Source of the DNA: Caecitellus pseudoparvulus | Taxonomy: Eukaryota > Protista > Bigyra: Bicosoecida | Assembly: GCA_965644315.1 (NCBI GenBank) | Contig: CBFFRQ010000072.1 | Location: forward strand, 1-54,175 | DNA: 54,175 bases | Reading direction: 5' to 3' | Shown: piece by piece, positions 1 to 11,300 of the stretch | Layout of the letters: each line of letters starts with the position of its first letter | How positions within the stretch are numbered: the stretch's first letter is position 1 | Position numbers and translations under genes: made by a program | Notes under the pieces: generated by a model | The model's database searches: none | What the model was told of the DNA's origin: nothing | What the model saw: the letters and a program-made list of their open reading frames with translations, nothing else

Positions 1-354
1 GTGATGTCAGGCAGTGGTGGGGCAGCTCAGTGCCGGCTCCGTCAAGGGGGGGCGGATACTGAGTGCTTCGACCGGACGCAGAGCAATGTCAGGCATCACC
101 ATGCACACTTGCCTCCTGGAAAGGCACTCCAGTCCAGCTAGCCGCAAGCGCACGGGGCAAACTAGGCACTCGTTGGCTGACAATGGGCGGAGCAGACAAA
201 TGCGAAGCTGTGCCCGCTTGCAGCCGACAAGGTGCAGGCTGGCGTGAGGTGGGCCACGTCACGTCGGAAGAGCGTGACATGTTCAGCTCCTCGCCTGCAC
301 AAGCTGCAACAGCAAAGGGAAAAACAAGAACCACAGACAAAGTGCTCTGCATCG

Positions 355-1473
355 CTACTTAAATCGTGCGGCCCCTGGTTGGGCTGCGAGCTTGACGGCT
401 CGGCTTTGAGGACTGGGCGGCGGGAGGTGTGTCTTTCCGCCCTGGCCGGTGGCCCCCCGCCCCACCTCCGCCGCCTCGGCCGGCGCACCACCACTAAAGG
501 ACGTGCTCGCTGATACATGCATAGCAATGCCTGCTTTCGGCGAGAGTGACGAGGCGGGGGCCAAGGCCGCACTGGATGGCGTGCCGTGGAGCGGAGCCAA
601 GGTCAAGGCCGGCGCCGGGCTGTGCAGGCCCACCATCCCCAGGGGCTGCAGGTGCCCCCCCGGCTCGAGGCGGATGACACTGCCCGTGTCGCCCCCGCTG
701 CCAAAGCACTGCGCGCGGCTCTGCACGACGGCCGAGTCGAGTGAGTCAGAGGCCATGCTGACCTGCGCGCCGCTGGCAACGTGCGGGTCGAGCAGGGACG
801 ACATGCCCAAGGCGCTGGCTGGGAAGGAAGGCTTGTGACTGTGCAGAGAGGGTACACCCGTCAAGTTTGTCCCCTGCCCTGCCAGCATTGCGGGGCTGCA
901 CACCAGCGTTTCACCAGGTGCTTCGTGTCGACACGCCTCGGCATTGTCGCTGGCGGCGTCCCACGACGTGTCGTGCCAGCTGCTGGAGAAAGACATGGTG
1001 CCCTCGGAGCCCTTCCTGCCCAGTTGAAGGGACACGAGGCACGTGCCATCCTCAGCATCGGGCAGGGACGCGGCAGCGTCTGCGCGGAATGCCTCGCTGT
1101 GCTGCCCCGTGCCGGTGGCGGCAGGAGTGGTGGAGCCTTGACCCGGTGACGGCTGCGGGCCGCTGAGGGCCGAGGAGCCAGCCGAGGAAAGCGGCGCTTT
1201 AGGCGAGGTGGTGTGTCCACTGAGCACTGGCCACCGCAGCAGGGGCAGCGGCGCGCTGCCCAGGGGTGTGCCGTCCTTCTCGCCGCCCTCCTTGCCAACG
1301 CTGCTGCCTGCGCCGCTGCTCTGCATCGCTGCAAGCCCTGCCAGCGTGATGGGCCCGCCAGACCGACGCGCAGACCGTTGCATGGAGGTGCCGCTTTTGT
1401 CTCGCAGGACAATGGTGAGGCGCCCTGCCGGCGCGGCGGCGGCGGCGACGCTGGTGGCGGGAGGGACAGACAT
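355..1473 (-). CDS. hypothetical Ser/Ala/Gly-rich protein (probably the last exon of a spliced gene)
   Basis: 372-aa ORF with no recognisable domain. A GTATGT donor-like site at 1471-1476 (minus strand) suggests an upstream exon. Confidence 0.3.
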   Translation of the reverse strand: MSVPPATSVAAAAAPAGRLTIVLRDKSGTSMQRSARRSGGPITLAGLAAMQSSGAGSSVGKEGGEKDGTPLGSAPLPLLRWPVLSGHTTSPKAPLSSAGSSALSGPQPSPGQGSTTPAATGTGQHSEAFRADAAASLPDAEDGTCLVSLQLGRKGSEGTMSFSSSWHDTSWDAASDNAEACRHEAPGETLVCSPAMLAGQGTNLTGVPSLHSHKPSFPASALGMSSLLDPHVASGAQVSMASDSLDSAVVQSRAQCFGSGGDTGSVIRLEPGGHLQPLGMVGLHSPAPALTLAPLHGTPSSAALAPASSLSPKAGIAMHVSASTSFSGGAPAEAAEVGRGATGQGGKTHLPPPSPQSRAVKLAAQPGAARFK

Positions 1474-2236
1474 ACCTGGACGCCGTGAAACGCTTGCCTC
1501 GCTCGGCGGACTTTGCGCAGTCCTTGCGCAACGCGGTGCGTGCCTGGTGCGTGAGGCAGCAGGACCCGGTCATGGCCTGCCTCACCTTCTCCCTGCTGCA
1601 GCTCGGCATGCATGGTTTTGCGGCGCGGCGCGCCTGCAGGCGTGGGCCAAAGCGCACCCCCCCTCAGCCTGTGCGTCGAGGCACCCGGCGCTGCACGTCC
1701 AACCCACCCTGCATCACGCGCCAGGAGTCTTCCGGGATTCCAGAGCGAAGTACTTCATGCGCTGGCGCCCCGACGCTAGCATGTGGGCAATGAGGGTGAC
1801 AGTCGGGCCCGCCTGAGCGCCGCGCTGGCCTAGGCGTCGCCATCGACATGCATTGCCGCCTGTGGAAGTGCTGTGCGTGTGTCGCATACGGCCTGCGGAA
1901 AACGCACCCAGCACAGGAACGGGGGACAGGCGTGCCCCTGGCCGAATCCCGCACGCATCACCCCCAGCCAGAAGTCAGCATTGTCCAACCCAGCCATGGT
2001 GCATCGAGAAAGGGGACGGAGGCCCTTGCTTGGTGCGTCCAGCCCCACAAAGTTGCTACGTCACGGGGCACTAGTCAGTTGCGTGGAACGGCCACGAAGC
2101 CGGCACGCAGTGCCACTTGCTTCAATCGCGAGCACGGCAGAGGCCTGGGATCCCAGCCAGCACATGCAGGGGTCCGTTTTCCCTTGCTGTGCAGCGCTGC
2201 CGGCACTCCGGCCTGTCTGCGCACTCGCGTGGCGTT

Positions 2237-3373
2237 TCACTGGTCAGACACGTGGGACTTGAAGGCGGGCACGCCAGAGCCCCCTGCCGGCGTCACAGAC
2301 TGCCCAGGTGAAAACATTCCAACAGGGGCCCTGTCGGCCGTCCTAGCCCGGGGCGGCTGGGGGTCCTGGTGAGGCAGCAGGAAGCTTGGGTGCGGCGCCA
2401 TCGACGACAGCCGCACTGGCCCCCCGCCACCCTCCAGGACGGGCTTGGCCTGCACCTGCACAGGCCAGGCGAGGTTGGGGGGCACTTGGTGTGTCGCTAG
2501 GCGAACGGCCTCTGCACGAGGCGCCGGCAGCGGCGAGGAAACATCGTGTGCCCGCGGCAGGGGTGGCAGCTTGGCTGCACCCCCCCCCCTCGCAAGCGCC
2601 TGCCGCATGCCGGCACAGGCAGGTCGAGGACTCGTGCTGCCTGAGGTGGACCAGCTGCTCCGGGGAGGGCGCCGGGCGGGTTCCCCTGTGGAGGCGACGT
2701 CAGGTGACGTGACCTGCCGATGACACCACCAGGTGGCGCTGGTAAACCCCGCACCAGCCAGGCCGTTTGTTGGGGATAGGGCCGCCAGGTCGCTGGCGCC
2801 AGTCAGCTGGCGCTGGAACCAGAGCTGGCAATCAACAACTTGGGCTCCTTGGCTGTGCCTGCGCACGTGGCGGCGGCGGCGGCGCGGCCATTTCCCCGCC
2901 ACGCCCGCTTCCTCCAGCGGCGTGTCACTGCCACATCGCAGCGGCGTCAGCTCAGGCACGTGGGAGTCTGTGTAGGCTCGGTGTGCCGGCACACGCTCCA
3001 GTCCAGCGCCATCACACGAGCCTCCATGGGATGGGACACGACCAGGGAAGTGTAGGGAAGCGCAGCAATCATCGTCGTCGGCCAGCAGCGCCTCATGCGC
3101 CGCCATGTCGGCGTCTGGAGCTGGGCTGCTGCTTCGGCCGGTGCAGGAACGTGCTTCACTATGCTTGGCTGGTGCCGCAAGCTGCACCGGCTGGCTGCGA
3201 ACAGGCAGGCGAATGGGGGCCGCAGACGCCACCATCACGGGCGAGATGACCGCCACGTCGTCGCCAGAGGGGGAGGGTGGCTGCGAAAAAACAGGGCAGC
3301 ATCGGCAGAGTGCGCTAACGCCGCGTTCCCCTGCCGCTTGCGCGCTGGATCTGCAGGCGCCGCTCCGCCGCAC
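2237..3373 (-). CDS. hypothetical low-complexity protein
   Basis: 378-aa ORF, longest in the interval. No domain recognised and the start is uncertain. Confidence 0.3.
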   Translation of the reverse strand: MRRSGACRSSAQAAGERGVSALCRCCPVFSQPPSPSGDDVAVISPVMVASAAPIRLPVRSQPVQLAAPAKHSEARSCTGRSSSPAPDADMAAHEALLADDDDCCASLHFPGRVPSHGGSCDGAGLERVPAHRAYTDSHVPELTPLRCGSDTPLEEAGVAGKWPRRRRRHVRRHSQGAQVVDCQLWFQRQLTGASDLAALSPTNGLAGAGFTSATWWCHRQVTSPDVASTGEPARRPPRSSWSTSGSTSPRPACAGMRQALARGGGAAKLPPLPRAHDVSSPLPAPRAEAVRLATHQVPPNLAWPVQVQAKPVLEGGGGPVRLSSMAPHPSFLLPHQDPQPPRARTADRAPVGMFSPGQSVTPAGGSGVPAFKSHVSDQ

Positions 3374-4229
3374 TCACATCGTGATGGCTCATCCAGGACG
3401 CTGCTTGGGACAGTCGGATAGGGCCGGTGCTGTTCATGTCGGCGAAGCGCATTCTGCCGCACACGCAGCCGCTGACTGTGCGAGCAGAGGCTGCAGAACG
3501 ATGCAGCAGCAGCTGGCTGCACTCCTGCAAGCGACGCTGACGTCTGGCACGGGGATGTCGAATGCACAAGGGACGCCAGATTGCGCTGTTAAGATCGGAC
3601 CTTTAGCTTTTGTGGTTGAGGGTTTTGTGCGGCGCGGGAATGTGCACGGGCGGCAGGCAGAATCCGCGCTGCGGCAGAAGCGTTGGCGTGGTGCGCAAGG
3701 CCTTCACCATCCCAAGTTGCCAGCGCGCACACACCTGCCAGTCGTGCTGGCTGGTTCACAGGGGCACACTGGGCAGAGTGTGACTACGTTTCTTCATTGT
3801 ACCTAGCCCCAGCGTGCCAGCGAGCGCCTGAGCTGAGCCACCGCGAGGCTTGAGTCCAGCGCAGCAGAAGAAGCAGCTTCGTGAAAGCTGACCACAGGCG
3901 ACGCTTCTCCGGGCCGTGGCGCAACGCGTCCCGCGCCGCTGGAGGCAGCAGCGGGGCATTTGTGAGTCAAAAGCGTCGTCTTCCAGGCGGTCTGCGCGAG
4001 TGGGAGCGTGCGCTGAGCAGCCACAAGGCTTGTTCGCCTGGCGGCCCAGCGCGGTTGCAGAAGCCGGCCCCACCAGCGGTGTGATGCCGCACTAAGGCCC
4101 AGTCGGCAGCATGGGCACTTCACGGAATGCTCAAATCGTGTTCTTCTTTCCGCGTGCAGAGCCCGTTGTGGCATTTCTGCCGCGCTTCCGGCGCTGTGGC
4201 TGGGGCCTGAGTCGGCAGCCACCTTCCAC

Positions 4230-5670
4230 TCAGCCCTGGCTTTGGCTGCGCTGGTGGCGATTTCGACGCCGCCGGTGCCGCGACTTGGACGCACTTCTCG
4301 TCTCAGCCAGCAGCTGCGGTGACGCGGGCTTGTTCCACACGGCCATGGCCACCTCGGCACAGGCTGCGAGGTCTGCCAGACGTATGGGCGTGTCCACCCC
4401 CGGCCGAACCTGGCGCCCGCCGCCAGGCAACGGCTGTGCACTGAGCACTGCCAGGCGCAGGTCAGTGGGCGTGCCAGTGAGGACGACAGTGGCTCGAGTG
4501 GGGTCAGGCGGGGCGGGACCCTCCCCAGTCCACGGAACGCGGATGGGGGCGTGACTGGCGAGGTGCGCGGTGGAGGTGTGGGAGGGGGTCGTAGGGCGCG
4601 CGACAGGGGTGGCGGCCAGGGCTGAAGCCGCAGGCAGCGTGCTAGGAGCTGCCGCTGTGCCCCCCCAACTCGTGTCTAGAGTGGCAAAGGGCAAGCGCAC
4701 GGGCGCTGCTGGGGAGAGCAGTGCAGAGGGAAACCCGTGAGTCGGCATCGTTGAACCACTGCTCGCACCCCCCACAGACGCACGCTGGGCCCCTGGGCTG
4801 CTAGACGGAGAGAGGGGCAATGCCTGTTGTGGGTGCATGAGCAGGGGCGATGGGCTGGCGATGCCACGGGTCGTGCTTTGCGCTGTGAAGCTTGCTCGTC
4901 GTGGGCGTGCTTGCGGACTTCGAGGCAGCCCGGGCGGTTGTCGCCCCGCTGCGCTGGCGCTGACGGTGACGGTGGGCAGCAAACCCGCAGCGTCGGCGTC
5001 ATACACCTGGGGGGCGTGTGTTGGGGATGTGGGCATGCGCGGGGAGGCGGGGGCGCGAGATGCCAAGCCCTGGTCAGTGGCAGCTGCCAGCCCCCTCCCA
5101 CCTGCTGGGCCGGAGGTGCCCAGAGGCGGCTGCAGCGGGGATGTAGGCAGGTGGGGGGTGCCGGGAGCGGACATGACCCAGCCACCTGCATGCTGCTGCA
5201 GCCGCGGCGTGCCGGTGGCCTGGGGCGTGCCAGTCCCGTGGCTCCTGGGAGAGCTGGGCAAGGCTCGTGATGGGGATGGCGCCGCGTGGCTGTGCAGGCT
5301 GACGACGGGGGAGCTGGGCAGGGTGGGGCCTTGGGGCCCGCTGTGAGGGCTGCGCTGAGTAAAATGAACCTCCTGTGGCGAGCACCGGGCGCGTGCGCGT
5401 CGTGGGGCGTGCGCATGAGGACAGAATAAAGGCTGCGCCAGCGACGGCAGAAACGTACGAAGCGAGAGGAAGCAGGGGCGTTCAGTTCGCCTGCGTTTGA
5501 CCCTCGGCGGCCGCCAGGCAGCTGCAAAGCCATGCTGCGTGCAGAAGACGCCACCGTGCCCGTGTCTGCCGCCCTGCTGATGCCGGTGCTGGGGTCGCCG
5601 GGGAGGAAAGCCACGCTGGAGCGGCCGCTCATGCCGCTGCTTCCGCTGCTGCTGCCAGCGGCAGGAACGT
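4230..5670 (-). CDS. hypothetical Ser/Pro-rich protein, spliced (5' end not resolved)
   Basis: Intron 5373-5458 (GTACGT...CACAG, 86 bp) joins ...APASSRF to EVHFTQRSP... in frame. A further acceptor (TTCGCACAG) at about 5671 implies another upstream exon. Confidence 0.45.
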
Positions 5671-6113
5671 CTGTGCGAAGGAAAGCCGCTCAGGAGCGCT
5701 TGCACGGCGAGCGGCGAGCAGCGGGAGGCGACTGCCGCTTCAGAAGCCCGGTGTGTGTGTCGAGGGAACTTCTCGCGGGGCACCGCTGCTGTCAGTGGCT
5801 TTTGTAGAGCAGCGGGCGGCAGGAAGAGAGGCAGTGCGCTTGGCCGGGGGGAAACGCGTCGTGGTGAGGGGTGTCCAGGGGGGGTCAGGGGGTGCGGAGG
5901 AGGGTGCACGGCGGAGGGAGCGCGCACGTGGAGTGCCTTCCAAAGGTTTGGACTTGAGCAGAGGGAGGAAAGAGCATCGGTTTCTCGCAGTGCATTTTGC
6001 ACGCGGCTGGCGCGTACAGCGGGAGCACACATGGTGAGGCAGGGCAGGCAGAGACAAACAGTTGACACAGACACGGAGGACGAGGCAGGAAAACGCGTGA
6101 AGACAGAGCCTTC

Positions 6114-7138
6114 TCAGGGGTGCCCCTCTCGCCCCCTGCCCCGCTGCCGCTTGGCGCCCCTGCCCAGGAGGAAGTCTGCAGCTGCTCCCAGCACGCTGCG
6201 CCGGCGTGGTGCGTGCGCCGGGCTGGCAACTCCCGACACCATTTTTTCACGAGGGCCGGTGCTGTCGCCGCTGGCAGCAGCGGCAGCGTCAGCAATTGCC
6301 GGCAAGTCGCCTTGACTAGCTTCCCCAGAGGGCCTTCGTGGGTGCAGGCCTGGCAGCTTGGGCGGCGCGAGCAGCACAGGCGCTGCAGCGGCGGAAGGTG
6401 GTGGGAAGGTGTCACCTTGCACGGCGGCAGGCGCCGGCCGTCGCAGCTCTGGCAGCTGCACAGGGACGAACTGCCCCCGTGCCAGTGGCATGGCTTGCAC
6501 GGAACTGTCCAGCACGTCGAAGACGACGTTCGGCGTGGCAATTTCAGCCGACCCGGCGCTGTCCTGCGTCGACTCGCGCACCGTAGGCATACAGGATTGG
6601 CGGTATGGGCGCAGAGCAGCCAGCACGTCCCGCTCCCGGTCCTCTGGCGGCGGCGAAAAGGCGCCCTGCATCATGATGGCAGGTCCAGACGCTGCCCTGT
6701 CGCAATTTCCACCTCTAGGTGGTGTTTGGGTGGGGAAGGCCGCTGCCAAGGCGCTGGCAGGGCTGCGCGCTTCTGGGGAAGGCGCTGAAACGCGGCGTGC
6801 GCCTGCCATGCGAGGTGAGCGGGAGTTGCCCTGAGCCCAAGGGGACAGGCTCGCCGAACCAGGCGCCAGGGAGTGCAGCGGGTCTGCACTGGAGACGTCT
6901 GAGGACTGGTCGGTCCACTGCGCAGCGCAACGTGGGGTGCCAGGTGATGTGGGCGTGCGTCGAAATCCGCAGCGCCCACGCCGACGGTGCACTGGCTCAC
7001 CTCTGAGAAGCTGCTGCTGGAGTGGTCCGCCAGCGTGATGGGGGCGTAGCCCGGGGCCCGGTCCCCTGTCCCTGAAGGGGTGTGTGGGAACCGCCCCTTC
7101 GGAGACAGTGTGATAGTCAGCCCGTTCACACGAGCCAT
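6114..7138 (-). CDS. hypothetical protein, 2 exons (7001-7138, 6114-6917)
   Basis: ATG at 7138 (MARVNG...). Phase-0 intron 6918-7000 (GTGAGC...GCGCAG, 83 bp) joins ...SSFSE to WTDQSS... in frame with the 6114 ORF. Confidence 0.45.
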
Positions 7139-7739
7139 GGTGTTGCTGTGCTTGGGGCGGACGAAGGAAACGCTGCGCTTCACGGCAGCCGCGCACGGCA
7201 ATGAGTGAGAGTGCCAGGTGCTTAGTAGGGGCCTGCTTTATGTACTCGGTGGCACCGCTCGACAAGTGGTTTGTGGTTTGACCTGCGGTGTGCCTTTGGC
7301 CCGTGGCAGGTGCTCAAGCGTCACTCTGTCAGCTTGGGCCAGTGCACGCATCAGAGGGTGTCGAGGGTGCAGCCCAACTACGGCGGCGAGTTCCCGCCCT
7401 TACTGTGGACACGCGGCGAAAGGCAGCACATGGTACGCGTGAGAGAGTCAAGTTTCACCGCTGTGTTGCCCTTTTATCGCCAGGGAGCTGCTTTTCCAGC
7501 CCTGAGCGGCTGCGAAGCTGATGCTTGCGCTGACGTCTGCACCTCGCCGAGCCGTGCCTCTGTGGGCCCTACTTTCGGGGAATTGCCCGATACGCGGCAA
7601 GCTTGCCGCCGTCGCACAGATCGCACGCTCGACCGACAGAAAAGGGTCAGTTCGTCTATTGCCACTGCAGCAGAGTGCTCCCTGCACTTGACCCAACTGC
7701 GCAGGGAAAGCGAGGTGCCTGCGGGTGTCGGCCCGCACC

Positions 7740-7765
7740 GAAGTGAAGTGAAGTGAAGTTCACTT
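7740..7765. repeat. (GAAGT)4 pentamer followed by an inverted CACTT
   Basis: Directly visible as gaagtgaagtgaagtgaagttcactt, in the region between divergently transcribed genes. Confidence 0.6.
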
Positions 7766-8354
7766 GAAGGCACAGATCGCGCGTGGTGCCCTCGATGTTC
7801 ACAGCCCCGGACGGCAAGGGCCTGAGGTGCAGACTCCACACTGCTTTTCACCCCGGACACTCATCTGTTTCCACCATCCTGCCAGGATGCAGTGCTGGCG
7901 TGGGGCACTTCCTGTGGCAAGGCCGGCCGAGTACCCGCTCAAATTATGACAAGCAGCACCCTCTGACAAAAGACAGAACAGGCCTCGTTTGAGGGACACA
8001 AGCGCCCGCCTGGAGTGCCTGTGCTTTGCAAGCACGCCACCCTTTCTGGCGCTGCCGCTTGCACCCACCATACGCTGGACTTGCCGCGCGCAGCTTTGCT
8101 GAGCACACTAGCTTGACAGGTTCGGAAACGGGCGCAGGGCGTATCATGGAGTGTTGTAGTGTTTTGCGTGTTGCCCAGCGCGCCGATGCTGGGTTTGCGC
8201 CCCAAGCCGTGGCGCTGCACCCGGTGCGTGGCGTTTCATGTGTGGGAGTTTCACCTGCGCAACCTGCATGCAGTCACGCCTAGCGCTGGCATGTGTGCCA
8301 GGCGCGCCTTGACATCCACTGCACTTTGAATTTTCACTTTCCTTCCTCGCTCAG

Positions 8355-11300
8355 GGCGACGGCAGTCTGTTCCTGGCCCACGGGAACACGGTGGATCACG
8401 TAGACGCCGGCACTGGCGCTCGGCGCAGGCGGTTCGTCAGCCGCGTCGTCAGCGGCATCTGGCGCCTGGCCCTGGCCGCCAGCGACGGCGGCCAGCTCTT
8501 CCTCTGCATCATTGCGTCCAACGGCCAGTGTGAGCTGTGGGATGGCGTCCGCGGGGCGTTCCTCGCCGTGACCCAGCTGGGCGCCAGCCGCAGCTCCGCT
8601 GACACGCCAGCTCCCCTCAGCCAGGTGATAGGCAGCGCCGGCCACGCCCACCCCGTCCTGCTGGTGGCAAAGGGCGGCTCCGCCACCCTGGACGTCATCG
8701 GCCCCCACCGTGTCGCGGCGAATCCCGCGAGCTCAGGTCGCATGGCCCGCCTGCGCGCCCACACGACGTCCGCGTCTGCCGGCCACATCACCGCCGCATC
8801 AGTGCACCCGACGCTGCCCCTCGTGGCAGCTGGCACGTCAGACGGCATGGTGACGGTGTGGTTCGCCGCCTTTCTGCGGCAGGAGGTGGCGGGCGGCGAG
8901 CGTGACCCCCGCAACGTGCGGGCTGGACTCACCGCAGTGGAGTCACCCGCTGGGCCCACTGGCCGCTTTGAACCCCTGTTCGTGACCACACCCCTTGAGC
9001 AGTACCTGGCACACCCCAAGGCCCTGAAAGTGCACTGGGCCCAGCAGGGCGTACCGGGGACGGGGAGGGGGGGGAGTGGCCTGCGCGGGCCAGGGGGGGT
9101 GCCCAGCTCGGATGCACCCCCCCCCGCTGCCACCGCAGCCATCACAACGCTGCAGTGGCATCCCTCTCAGCCTGTGCTGGCAGGGGCGTGTGCGGGGGGG
9201 GCTCTGGGCGTGTGGGGCGTGGGTCTGCACGATGACGCGCACTTCACCCTGGCCGCCGCCCACATTGGCCCATGGCTGAGTCACCTGCCACCATGGGCCC
9301 ACCGCACGGCGGCCCTGGAAGCCACCCTGGACTCCTCACGCGCGTCGCCTGCCAAGGGAGCGGGGCGGGACCTCCCCCCCTGGGCGGTTGTTGGTGTCCC
9401 CGGTGACACCACCCAGCACTGTCCCGTCGCTCTCGCTTTCGGCACTGGCGGCGCAACAGGCGGCACCCTCACCATCGTCTCCGCCCCACCCATTTCCGCT
9501 CACGGCTTCGACTGCCTCATCGCTGCCTGTGGCACTGCGCTGCTGCGGGGGGGGGTCAGCGTGGGAGGCGCCACGGCGCTGCCTCGGCACCTGCTGCATC
9601 TGCTCGCGACCGGGCACCTGTCGGCATCTGCGACCAGCTGCTCCGACCCTGCTGCAGCCGCAGGGTGGGCGTCGGCGAGGGGTGATGAGGCGGAGCGGCC
9701 TTGCGTGCCGAACCTGCCGCGGCTGCCGGAAGTGCGGGCGTTTCTGCGAAACGCAGCAGCCGCGCTGAGCCACCTGCAGCCCCGCGCTGCCGTGCTGAGC
9801 ACGATGCATCCCTCCCTACCCCCCCTGCGAGCGGGCTTGCCACCCCCCCTGCCAGACATGCTGGCCACAGCGCTGGGGGAGGCTGTGGCGGTGGCGCTGC
9901 GGGCTGTGTCACTGGTGCAGCGGGACGGAACACTTGTGCCGGGGGCAGACGTGTCCCTGCCCGGCATGGGCTCGGCACGCGACCTGCCGACCGACCCGCG
10001 ACCCGGTGACGACCCAGTGGGAGGGGGTCGTTGGGGGGGTCGAGGGGGGGCCTATGGCCGGGCAGCTCTGCTCCGAGCCGCTGCCGCCTTGGCCCACCTC
10101 GCGGGGGACGGCGACACAGACAGTTCGGCACGTGCGACCAGCTTTGGCGACCCGCCTGGCGCCGGCTCCGCCTCCCCCCTCGCCTCCGCCGCCACTGGCG
10201 CCGCCATCCACAGCAAAGCCGCCTGGTTGGCTGCCAGCCGCAAACCGGCCCACCACGCACTGACGCTGCCTGCAGCGGCACGTCTGGCCCTGGCCGCGGG
10301 GGGCGCTGACTCCGGCCGAGTCAAGGGTGGGCCCACCGTGACTCCGCCCCCCGACCGTTGCTGGCGGGGGTGGAGCTGCGAGGAGCCCCCCGCCGTGGCG
10401 CGCGCCCAGTGGCTGCAGTGCAATGTGGGGGGGCACACCGCAGTGCTGGCATTTGCCGGGCAATTGCTCGTCCTGCGCCCCGCACCGTCCCTGCCCCTGC
10501 CCCTCCTCCGCCACCTGTGCCCCGCGCCCCCCCCCTCGCATGCCCTGCTGCCGCCCCCCCCCCCCACGCCGCGCCCTGCTCCAGTGGAGCTGTGTGACAC
10601 GACCACTCCGTTGACCGGCGCTGGTGGGCTGTTCTGCCACGCCCCCGTCGTCGCCCGCCCCGCCCCTCTGTCCACCGACGCCGTGTCAGGGGGCTGGTGG
10701 GCTGCTCTGCCCAGTCTGTGGCCGGCACCCCCCCCGCACACCCCCCCTGCCAGCACTCCCTGGCTGGAAGCTGCGGTGCAGTGCCTGCAGCGGTGTGGGG
10801 GGGGGGGCGGCGGCACCCCCCCTGTACACCCCTCGTCCGGCATCCCCGCCGCCCTGGCCGCAGTGTTGTCTGCCAGGGCGGGTGCACCGGGGCATTGGCA
10901 GGCAGTCCTCGACTCACGTGCCTTTATCGACGCAGTGGGTGCGCTGGTCGCTGGCGACCCCTCCCCCATCATGCCTGCTGGCACACCCTGGACACCGGAG
11001 CTGGTGAAGGGGGTGCTTGAAGGGGGGGCTGCTGACGTGCTGGGCGACAGCGAGTCGCCTTCCACGCTGTACATCCAAGCGCGATCTGTCCTGGCAGCAG
11101 ACACCACCGGGCGCCCGGTGTTCGGGCCTGTGTTCTCAGTGCACGCGCGCCCCGTGGGAGGGCGTGAGGGTCCCGCCCCCGGACAGCCCCCCCCCTCCTC
11201 CCCTCCCCGCCCTCAGGGCCCCCCTGCACCCGATGGAGGCAGTGTGGATGGCGATGAGGCGCTGGCCGGGACAGTGTGCAAGTCGCGCCACCTGGTGTGG

